The translations under genes were made by a program, and so were the position numbers. From assembly GCF_036507355.1 (NCBI RefSeq), contig NZ_AP027877.1: DNA of 64,000 nt. One strand, 5' to 3'. Below are positions 52,076-64,000 of the stretch, piece by piece. The notes under the pieces were generated by a model. It was not told the origin of the DNA, ran no database searches, and saw nothing but the letters and a program-made list of their open reading frames with translations. This DNA comes from Escherichia coli. Its GTDB lineage: Bacteria; Pseudomonadota; Gammaproteobacteria; Enterobacterales; Enterobacteriaceae. How positions within the stretch are numbered: position 1 is the first letter of the stretch; every line of letters begins with the position of its first letter.

Positions 52076-52103
52076 TTCCCACTTTGCCCCACAATTTCCC
52101 ACT
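52076..52103 (-). promoter_or_regulatory. MraZ operator: three direct GTGGG repeats with 10-bp spacing upstream of mraZ
   Basis: Minus strand reads GTGGGAAATTGTGGGGCAAAGTGGGAA; matches the reported MraZ binding repeats (TGGGN type) in the mra promoter region. Confidence 0.65.
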
Positions 52104-52109
52104 GAAAGG

Positions 52110-52139
52110 AGTTTACGGAGCGGAGGAAAAGCTTGTCAA
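52110..52139 (-). promoter_or_regulatory. Candidate Pmra sigma-70 promoter of the dcw cluster (-35 TTGACA, -10 TAAACT, 18-bp spacer)
   Basis: Minus strand CTTGACAAGCTTTTCCTCCGCTCCGTAAACTCC; hexamers read from the sequence, position consistent with the known mraZ promoter. Confidence 0.6.
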
Positions 52140-52611
52140 GCCAGTCACAAGGCATACCGAGGTAAAAAACCCGATGTTTACGGCTAATATCAGAGTTGTT
52201 TATTTTACGTCCAACGTGCGAAGCAAATTAACGTTATGAATAGCTGTAAGAAAAAAACCCTCATCGTCATCACCGTTTTAAAATGACTCACTATTTCCCA
52301 CAGCAAATATAAAGTGTCAGTTTGCGACGCGAGCGGCATTTTAGGACATATCTTCCCCGGTTAACAGTCCCTGTTGCGTCTGTGTAGCGCTTGATGCCAG
52401 CGGGTTTGCGCAAAAGCAAAGAAAAGTGCTTGTTAAATCGGCAATTCATCTCTGCATGTAACAAAATAATGCAAAAACGCGCTGTCGATATCACTTAATT
52501 ATTGTGAATTTTAGCTGGTGAGTTAATTAACGGGCGGGTTTAAAAGCATTTATCAATAATAGTCAGGAATAGTCTTATTTACTTTAAGGATATTGATGTC
52601 CAGTCCCGTAC

Positions 52612-52650
52612 TCTACGCGCCAGAGGGAAATTCACCTGGCGCGTATTTTT
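52612..52650 (+). terminator. Intrinsic terminator oriented on the + strand within the mraZ-cra intergenic region; no assigned gene
   Basis: ACGCGCCAG-AGGGAAATTCAC-CTGGCGCGT followed by ATTTTTGTT on the + strand; on the minus strand the hairpin is not followed by a U-tract, so it is not a good cra terminator. Confidence 0.55.
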
Positions 52651-52659
52651 GTTCGCGGC

Positions 52660-53664
52660 TTAGCTACGGCTGAGCACACCGCGGCGATAGAGATTACGTT
52701 TAATGCGCGTTAAACCAGGTTTTGGCTTACGCGGTTCGTCCAGGCTTGCCAGGACAATCTCCAGCACACGCTCTGCGACATCGCGGTGACGTTGAGCCAC
52801 TGCCAGCACCGGGCACTGTAAGAAGTCGAGCAGTTCGTTATCGCCAAAGGTGGCAATTGCCAGGTCAGAAGGCAGTTTACCATCGCGACGTAGCGTGACA
52901 TCCATCACCCCTTGCAACAACGCAAACGACGTTGTGAACAGCGCCTGCGGCATCGGATGCGTTTCCAGCCATTTTTCGAATAACTGGGCAGCCGCCTCCC
53001 GCTCATAGCTGTTGGCATACAGAAAATGCACTTCGCGCGGATCATCTTTCCAGGCAGTACGGAAACCTTGTTCACGCAGGAAGCTGACAGAAAGCTCCGG
53101 CAGCGCGCCAAGATAAAGCACCGTCTCGGCGGGAAACTTACGTAACTCTTCCGCCAGCATTTCGGCATCATCCTGATCGGCACCAACCACGCTGGTAAAG
53201 TGTTCACGATCGAGGGCGCGGTCCAGCGCGACAATCGGGAACGGGTCGTTAGCCCAGCGTTGATAAAAAGGATGCTCAGGAGGCAACGACGTCGAAACAA
53301 TAATGGCATCGACCTGACGCTGTAAAAGGTGCTCAATACAGCGCATTTCGTTGTCTGGCTGATCTTCTGAGCAGGCAATCAGCAGTTGATAACCCCGTTG
53401 CCGCGCCTGGCGTTCAAGATAGTTAGCGATGCGGGTATAGCTGGTGTTCTCCAGATCGGGGATCACAAGACCAATAGAACGTGTGCGTCCAGCACGAAGC
53501 CCAGCTGCCACGGCGTTCGGGTGGTAATTGTGCTCACGCACGACAGCCATGACTTTTTCAACGGTTTTGTCGCTCACACGGTATTGCTTCGCTTTGCCGT
53601 TAATAACATAGCTTGCAGTGGTCCGCGACACTCCCGCCAGCCGAGCGATTTCATCCAGTTTCAC
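52660..53664 (-). CDS. cra: Catabolite repressor/activator Cra (FruR), LacI family (334 aa)
   Basis: [60 protein letters not shown]... Confidence 0.96.
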   Translation of the reverse strand: MKLDEIARLAGVSRTTASYVINGKAKQYRVSDKTVEKVMAVVREHNYHPNAVAAGLRAGRTRSIGLVIPDLENTSYTRIANYLERQARQRGYQLLIACSEDQPDNEMRCIEHLLQRQVDAIIVSTSLPPEHPFYQRWANDPFPIVALDRALDREHFTSVVGADQDDAEMLAEELRKFPAETVLYLGALPELSVSFLREQGFRTAWKDDPREVHFLYANSYEREAAAQLFEKWLETHPMPQALFTTSFALLQGVMDVTLRRDGKLPSDLAIATFGDNELLDFLQCPVLAVAQRHRDVAERVLEIVLASLDEPRKPKPGLTRIKRNLYRRGVLSRS

Positions 53665-53843
53665 AATTGCCCCTTGCGTAAAATGTAAAAACCATAGCCA
53701 TTGTACTGGTATGGGTTAAATTCATTAACATCTAAGCGCAGAAAATTAACTGCGGCAACTGCTTTTATTCCAGGTTCCCACTGATTTCGCAAAAAAAGCC
53801 CAACGTGACATGTTGGGCTGTAAATTGCGCATTGAGATCATTC

Positions 53844-54335
53844 TCAACGCATTATTTTATCGCCGCGCGAAAGTCCGACCACACCAGAGCGAGCAACTTC
53901 CACAATTTTCGCCACATCGCGAATCGATGCTAAAAATGCATCAAGCTTATCGCTGGTGCCTGCTAATTGAACGGTATAAAGCGAGGGTGTGACATCGATA
54001 ATTTGCCCACGGAATATTTCCGTATTACGTTTCACTTCGTCACGCCCGTAACCACTGGCCTGAATTTTCACCAGCATGATTTCCCGCTCAACATGCGCGC
54101 CCTGCCCCAACTCACTCACGCGCAAGACATCGACCAGCTTGTGTAATTGCTTTTCGATCTGCTCAAGTACTTTTTCATCGCCCACGGTCTGGATGGTCAT
54201 ACGCGATAATGTCGGATCGTCGGTTGGCGCAACGGTCAGGCTTTCAATGTTGTAGCCACGCTGGGAAAAAAGGCCAATCACGCGGGATAACGCGCCTGAT
54301 TCATTTTCGAGTAAGACTGATAATATCCGGCGCAT
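53844..54335 (-). CDS. ilvH: Acetolactate synthase III small (regulatory) subunit (163 aa)
   Basis: ORF 53844..54365 trimmed to [50 protein letters not shown]... Confidence 0.95.
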
Positions 54336-54337
54336 AA

Positions 54338-56062
54338 TCAGGTTCTCTCCGTTTTGCTTAACCACATTTCATCCATTCCGCCCCCGCGAATCTGCATCGG
54401 GTAGACGTGCTCGCTGCCATCGACGGTAACATCAACAAACACCAGGCGATTACTGCGCACCTGTTCCAGCGCCTCGCTAAGTTTGCTTTCCAGCTCATGC
54501 GGATGAGAAATCTGGATCCCGACATGCCCATAGGCTTCCGCCAGACGGACGAAATCGGGTAGCGATTGCATATAAGATTGTGAATGACGGCCGGAATAGA
54601 TCATGTCCTGCCACTGCTTCACCATCCCCAGATAGCGGTTATTGAGATTCACCACCAGTACGGGCAACTCGTATTGCAACGCGGTAGATAGTTCCTGAAT
54701 GTTCATCTGAATACTGCCGTCGCCAGTGACGCAAACCACGGTTTCTTCTGGCAACGCCATTTTGACGCCCAGTGCCGCAGGTAAACCAAAACCCATCGTG
54801 CCGAGGCCACCGGAATTGATCCAGCGACGCGGTTTGTCGAATGGATAATAAAGTGCAGCAAACATCTGGTGCTGCCCGACATCGGACGTCACGTAAGCGT
54901 CTCCCTTCGTCAACCGCCAAAGAGTCTCGATCACCGCCTGCGGTTTAATCTTTTCACTGTGAGTGTCATATTTCAGGCACTGACGAGCGCGCCACTGTTC
55001 AATTTGCTGCCACCAGTCGCGGATCTCATCCAGCGGTTGATGGGCGGATTCTTGCGACAAGAGTTCAAGCATTTGTTCAAGGACCTGGCGAGCATCCCCC
55101 ACAATCGGGATATCCGCAGTCACGGTTTTAGAAATGGAAGTAGGATCAATATCGATATGCAGAACAGTGGCATTTGGGCAGTACTTTGCCAGATTGTTCG
55201 TCGTTCGGTCATCAAATCGTACCCCGACGGCGAAAATCACATCCGCGTTATGCATCGTCATATTGGCTTCGTAGGTACCGTGCATTCCCAGCATGCCCAG
55301 TGCCTGACGATGCGTTGCCGGAAACGCCCCCAGCCCCATCAACGAGGAAACAACGGGCAGATTCAACGCCTCCACCATTTCTTTCAACTGCTGATGGCAG
55401 CCCGCCGTGATTGCCCCACCGCCTACGTAGACAACCGGTTTTTTTGCCGCTACCAGCGTTTGCAGAGCACGCTTAATTTGCCCTTTATGTCCGGTAGTAG
55501 TGGGATTGTAAGAACGCATACTGACCGACTCCGGCCAGACATAGGGTAATTTGTTCGCCGGATTAAGAATATCTTTCGGTAAATCAACGACCACTGGTCC
55601 TGGGCGACCACTTGCCGCCAGCCAGAAAGCCTTTTTCAGCACCTGCGGAATGTCTTCCGTTTGCTTAACCAGAAAACTGTGTTTAACCACCGGTCGCGAA
55701 ATCCCCACCATGTCGCACTCCTGAAAGGCATCGTAACCTATCAACGAGGTCGCTACCTGCCCGGAAAGGACAACTAATGGAATGGAATCCATATAAGCGG
55801 TGGCGATGCCAGTAATCGCATTGGTCGCCCCTGGACCCGACGTTACCAGCACGACGCCGACTTCCCCGGTCGCGCGCGCCAGACCATCGGCCATATGCAC
55901 TGCCGCCTGCTCATGACGAACTAAAACATGATCGATACCACCCACGGTATGCAATGCATCGTAAATATCAAGGACTGCGCCTCCGGGATAACCGAATACT
56001 TGTTTAACGCCCTGATCGATAAGCGATCGGACGACCATCTCGGCTCCAGACAACATCTCCAT
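54338..56062 (-). CDS. ilvI: Acetolactate synthase III large subunit (574 aa)
   Basis: ORF 54338..56203 trimmed to [52 protein letters not shown]... Confidence 0.95.
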   Translation of the reverse strand: MEMLSGAEMVVRSLIDQGVKQVFGYPGGAVLDIYDALHTVGGIDHVLVRHEQAAVHMADGLARATGEVGVVLVTSGPGATNAITGIATAYMDSIPLVVLSGQVATSLIGYDAFQECDMVGISRPVVKHSFLVKQTEDIPQVLKKAFWLAASGRPGPVVVDLPKDILNPANKLPYVWPESVSMRSYNPTTTGHKGQIKRALQTLVAAKKPVVYVGGGAITAGCHQQLKEMVEALNLPVVSSLMGLGAFPATHRQALGMLGMHGTYEANMTMHNADVIFAVGVRFDDRTTNNLAKYCPNATVLHIDIDPTSISKTVTADIPIVGDARQVLEQMLELLSQESAHQPLDEIRDWWQQIEQWRARQCLKYDTHSEKIKPQAVIETLWRLTKGDAYVTSDVGQHQMFAALYYPFDKPRRWINSGGLGTMGFGLPAALGVKMALPEETVVCVTGDGSIQMNIQELSTALQYELPVLVVNLNNRYLGMVKQWQDMIYSGRHSQSYMQSLPDFVRLAEAYGHVGIQISHPHELESKLSEALEQVRSNRLVFVDVTVDGSEHVYPMQIRGGGMDEMWLSKTERT

Positions 56063-56379
56063 GGCCTGCCTCACTGTTTGACGGAAAAAATGTGTAAAAC
56101 ACATTAACCGTCCGATCTTGCTTAAGCAATTGGTAGCCAGAGACATAAACGCAGGGTAATAAGAATAAACAGGAGGAAAGGTGAAAAGAAACGATAAAAT
56201 CATCCATTACGAAGGATTAAAATGATAATAAATCGGCTGAATCCCACAACTTACAGCAATTTCTCTATTTTTTTAATTAATCCTAAAATAGAGAGCCTAC
56301 ACATTCAGAATAAAATTCTACATTCAATAAAAAATGCAGAATAAACCAGACATTGATGTCTGACCTATTCTGCATTCAG

Positions 56380-57324
56380 TTAGCGTTTGCAAATTGAGAC
56401 TAATTGCTCTTCCATCCACTGATGGCCTTTATCGCGCCCGGCAGCTTCATGCCAGGAGAGATAACAGGTTCTGCTATTTAGTTTTAACGGCAGCGGTAAT
56501 ACCTGTAATTCTAAGGATTCAGCGAACTCTTCAGCCAGCCAACGCGGCGCAATAGCGACCAAATGCGTTTGCGACACCACGCTAAGTACGCTCATCATTG
56601 CCATACCCTGATACGCGATACTGGCTTGCTTATCTACCGTATCATACCAAGGTTGACTAAATGACGCGAAACGATCGAGCGAAACCGCCGCATGTTGTTC
56701 GTTATAAACATCATGTTTCAGTAACGGGCCTTTAATTGTTGGATGATTTTTGCTGGCTACCAGCACCATTTCATCTTTAAATAATGGCACGCTGGTAAAT
56801 TCAGGACGATGGAAGTCTTCATAACTAATCACAAACTCCGTTCCCTGATAACGCAGCTGATGTTCAGTGTTCTGATTTAATGAAGACTTGAACATAACAT
56901 GTATATTTGGCGCAATCTGCTCAATGTGATTATAAATCTGCGAGGTCAGAATGCTGTCTAACGGGCTGCAAACACAAAGATGAAATACACGTTCACTGCT
57001 CGCGGGTTCAAAACCTGAACCAGGCAATTCATTTTGTACTAGTTGCAATGCCTGGCGAACTGAACCAAAAAGTTGAAATGCGCGAGCAGTCGGTTGAATA
57101 CCACGGCCATAACGAACAAAAAGCTCGTCATTAAACATCACCTTCAGGCGTGCAACAGCGTTACTGACCGCAGGTTGCGACATTCCCAGAACATGAGCGG
57201 CACGGGTAATGTTTTGCTCCTGCATCACGGCATCGAAAACGGTTAATAAGTTGAGATCGACCATGCGTAGCTGTGGCTTGCTGAACTCCGCCGTCTCTGG
57301 ATGATCTGTTTGTACCTCTGGCAT
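56380..57324 (-). CDS. leuO: LysR-family transcriptional regulator LeuO (314 aa); alternative upstream starts exist in frame
   Basis: ORF 56380..57408 trimmed to [60 protein letters not shown]... Confidence 0.92.
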   Translation of the reverse strand: MPEVQTDHPETAEFSKPQLRMVDLNLLTVFDAVMQEQNITRAAHVLGMSQPAVSNAVARLKVMFNDELFVRYGRGIQPTARAFQLFGSVRQALQLVQNELPGSGFEPASSERVFHLCVCSPLDSILTSQIYNHIEQIAPNIHVMFKSSLNQNTEHQLRYQGTEFVISYEDFHRPEFTSVPLFKDEMVLVASKNHPTIKGPLLKHDVYNEQHAAVSLDRFASFSQPWYDTVDKQASIAYQGMAMMSVLSVVSQTHLVAIAPRWLAEEFAESLELQVLPLPLKLNSRTCYLSWHEAAGRDKGHQWMEEQLVSICKR

Positions 57325-57981
57325 ACTTAACTCCACTGTCACACTTAACTCCCTTTCCCTTATTGGAATGCAGAGAAATAATCCTCGAGAATATGATTTA
57401 TCATGCATATAAAATAAGAAAAAGGAAAATGAGTAAAATTAGGAAAACATAAAGATACGGGTTCTTATAAAAACAGAATCCATTGCCGTGGAAAGCGTCA
57501 CTTACCACAGCATAATAATCCATAATGTTTTTATTGCGAAAACAATCTAATCATAACTACCGCGAATACTCAATCATCCACAAAATGGATTAAATGTGCT
57601 TTTTAATAATTTATTTATATGTTTAATGCATTAATTCTTAACATTAATTGATCAATAATATTCACCAAATCAATATCAAAAAATCCGCAAAACATATAAT
57701 TCAATACAAATCATCAGGATAGGTTTTGCAACGCGTGCATTTTGTCCCCTTTTTCCTCGTGGATTAGATGCAAAAATTTATTCTGAAATATGTCAACCGA
57801 TGAAAAGCATCGGTAGTTAAGCAGAAATTAATATCGCTTGTTTTAACCACAGCAGCACAATTAGCTAATCTTACGGATGCAGAACTCATGCTGGCGGGAC
57901 GTTTTTATTGCGTCAGGGTTGACATCCGTTTTTGTATCCAGTAACTCTAAAAGCATATCGCATTCATCTGGAGCTGATTTA
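57325..57981. promoter_or_regulatory. AT-rich divergent leuO / leuLABCD control region
   Basis: About 650 bp of visibly AT-rich non-coding DNA with long A/T tracts between leuO and leuL; in E. coli and Salmonella this interval is known to hold the leuO and leu promoters and H-NS-bound silencer DNA. Confidence 0.6.
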
Positions 57982-58068
57982 ATGACTCACATCGTTCGCT
58001 TTATCGGTCTACTACTACTAAACGCATCTTCTTTGCGCGGTAGACGAGTGAGCGGCATCCAGCATTAA
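57982..58068 (+). CDS. leuL: leu operon leader peptide (28 aa) with four consecutive CUA leucine codons
   Basis: Internal ATG of ORF 57877..58068 giving [28 protein letters not shown]; the LLLL run is encoded CTA CTA CTA CTA. Confidence 0.93.
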
Positions 58069-58086
58069 GCCAGCACGCAGTCAAAC

Positions 58087-58118
58087 AAAAAACCCGCGCC
58101 ATTGCGCGGGTTTTTTTA
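58087..58118 (+). terminator. leu attenuator (intrinsic terminator) between leuL and leuA
   Basis: AAAAAACCCGCGCCATTGCGCGGGTTTTTTT: a GC stem with a 7-U tract, placed between leader peptide and leuA as in the classic leu attenuator. Confidence 0.9.
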
Positions 58119-58160
58119 TGCCCGAAGCGAGGCGCTCTAAAAGAGACAAGGACCCAAACC

Positions 58161-60823
<2,663 letters not shown>

Positions 60824-60825
60824 TC

Positions 60826-62842
<2,017 letters not shown>

Positions 62843-62875
62843 TTTGTACACCGTCCGGTACTCAATCGCCAAAAA

Positions 62876-63102
62876 GAAAAAAGCCAGCAGATAATCACTG
62901 CTGGCGTGGCGATTAACACCAATACTCAGTCACACATGATGTCCGCAAATCAGTAGTCAGAATGACTCCCCTCCCACTGCATCAGTTCTTCAAGCATGGT
63001 TAATCGTTGTGGGACGCTTAACCAACGCAACCAGCACAACTGCGCTGTCGCGGTAAAATAGTGCTGATAAAACTGACGCATGGGGCACCTCCTTGCTTCA
63101 TC
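62876..63102 (-). ncRNA. sgrS: Small RNA SgrS (glucose-phosphate stress sRNA; dual-function, encodes SgrT); ends approximate
   Basis: Minus strand starts GATGAAGCAAGGAGGTGCCCCATGCGTCAG..., contains the ptsG-pairing seed GAGTATTGGTGT and ends in a terminator hairpin CCAGCAGTGATTATCTGCTGG plus U-tract; sits 67 bp from the divergent sgrR start, as in K-12. Confidence 0.88.
62950..63081 (-). CDS. sgrT: Small protein SgrT (43 aa) encoded within SgrS
   Basis: C-terminal part of ORF 62950..63249: MRQFYQHYFTATAQLCWLRWLSVPQRLTMLEELMQWEGSHSDY, with an AGGAGG RBS upstream. Confidence 0.85.
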   Translation of the reverse strand: MRQFYQHYFTATAQLCWLRWLSVPQRLTMLEELMQWEGSHSDY

Positions 63103-63169
63103 GTTAGGAATTATTGACTTAATATAGGGAAAATAAAATTGCTGTCTTTTGCGCAGGAGTTCCCCTTTT

Positions 63170-64000
63170 ATGCCATCTGCTCGTCTGCAACAACAGTTCA
63201 TCCGCCTGTGGCAATGCTGCGAGGGTAAATCGCAGGACACAACGCTCAACGAACTGGCAGCGTTATTGAGCTGCTCGCGTCGTCATATGCGCACCCTGCT
63301 CAACACCATGCAGGATCGCGGCTGGCTGACGTGGGAAGCGGAAGTCGGGCGTGGTAAACGCTCGCGTCTGACATTCCTCTATACCGGGCTGGCGCTTCAG
63401 CAACAGCGGGCGGAAGACCTGCTGGAGCAGGACCGTATCGACCAACTAGTGCAGTTAGTTGGCGACAAAGCGACTGTGAGGCAAATGCTGGTTTCTCATC
63501 TGGGCCGCAGCTTCCGCCAGGGGCGGCACATCCTGCGCGTGCTTTACTATCGTCCGTTGCGTAATCTGCTACCTGGCAGCGCATTGCGCCGTTCCGAAAC
63601 CCATATCGCCCGGCAAATCTTCAGTTCGCTAACGCGCATAAATGAGGAAAATGGGGAACTGGAAGCAGACATCGCCCACCACTGGCAGCAAATATCACCG
63701 CTTCACTGGCGTTTCTTTTTGCGTCCAGGAGTCCATTTTCATCATGGTCGTGAACTGGAAATGGACGACGTGATCGCCTCTTTAAAACGAATCAATACGC
63801 TGCCGCTCTATTCGCATATTGCTGACATTGTGTCGCCGACGCCCTGGACGCTGGATATCCATCTCACGCAACCGGACCGCTGGTTACCGTTATTGCTGGG
63901 GCAAGTTCCGGCGATGATCCTGCCGCGCGAATGGGAAACCCTCAGTAACTTTGCCAGCCATCCCATCGGCACCGGTCCGTATGCGGTGATTCGCAACAGC
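63170..64000 (+). CDS. sgrR: Transcriptional regulator SgrR, N-terminal 277 codons; 3' end lies outside the window
   Basis: ATG at 63170 opens a frame with no stop to the window end: [60 protein letters not shown]...; not in the ORF track because it has no stop codon in the window. Confidence 0.93.
   Translation, partial: MPSARLQQQFIRLWQCCEGKSQDTTLNELAALLSCSRRHMRTLLNTMQDRGWLTWEAEVGRGKRSRLTFLYTGLALQQQRAEDLLEQDRIDQLVQLVGDKATVRQMLVSHLGRSFRQGRHILRVLYYRPLRNLLPGSALRRSETHIARQIFSSLTRINEENGELEADIAHHWQQISPLHWRFFLRPGVHFHHGRELEMDDVIASLKRINTLPLYSHIADIVSPTPWTLDIHLTQPDRWLPLLLGQVPAMILPREWETLSNFASHPIGTGPYAVIRNS

Noticed and set aside
52291-52494. 67-codon ORF on the minus strand in the mraZ-cra intergenic region
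   Set aside because: No RBS-like sequence at the right spacing, Cys/Arg-rich low-complexity translation, and no similarity to any protein I recognise; retained only as part of the intergenic-region finding.
56347-56363. Palindrome CAGACATTGATGTCTGA just downstream of leuO as its terminator
   Set aside because: The minus-strand context is U-rich, but the arms leave only a 2-nt loop, which is sterically poor for a hairpin; left uncalled.
62876-63102. Apparent sequence differences between this SgrS 3' region and the K-12 SgrS sequence as I remember it
   Set aside because: My recollection of the K-12 sequence is not reliable at single-base level; the seed region and terminator are intact, so I make no claim of functional divergence.

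Overview
This window is a conserved enterobacterial core chromosome segment (Escherichia coli / Shigella type), gene-for-gene colinear with, and reverse-complemented relative to, E. coli K-12 at roughly 77-141 kb (coordinates from memory). Gene order: gcd (5' truncated) - cueO - yacC - speE-speD - yacL - acnB - yacH - lpd-aceF-aceE-pdhR - aroP - ampE-ampD - nadC - ppdD-hofB-hofC - guaC - coaE-zapD-yacG - mutT - secA-secM - lpxC - the full dcw cluster (ftsZ to mraZ) - cra - ilvH-ilvI - leuO - leuLABCD - sgrS/sgrT - sgrR (3' truncated). Almost every ORF has the length and sequence I recall for the K-12 protein. I did not find a novel multi-gene system: there is no unexplained block of coding capacity. 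The real deviations from the K-12 layout are: (1) yacH is interrupted by a 1229-bp IS3-family insertion sequence with 35-bp imperfect terminal inverted repeats, a 3-bp target duplication and a -1 frameshift transposase; (2) yacH also carries an in-frame TGA upstream of the IS, so it is a doubly hit pseudogene; (3) setA, which in K-12 lies between sgrS and leuD, has no room to exist here (only about 33 bp separate the leuD stop from the sgrS terminator). Smaller observations include an orphan intrinsic terminator in the mraZ-cra intergenic region, an 18-bp perfect palindrome upstream of lpd, and 96-bp tandem repeats in yacH. All calls are from reading the sequence and the ORF track against remembered protein sequences; no database search was run.
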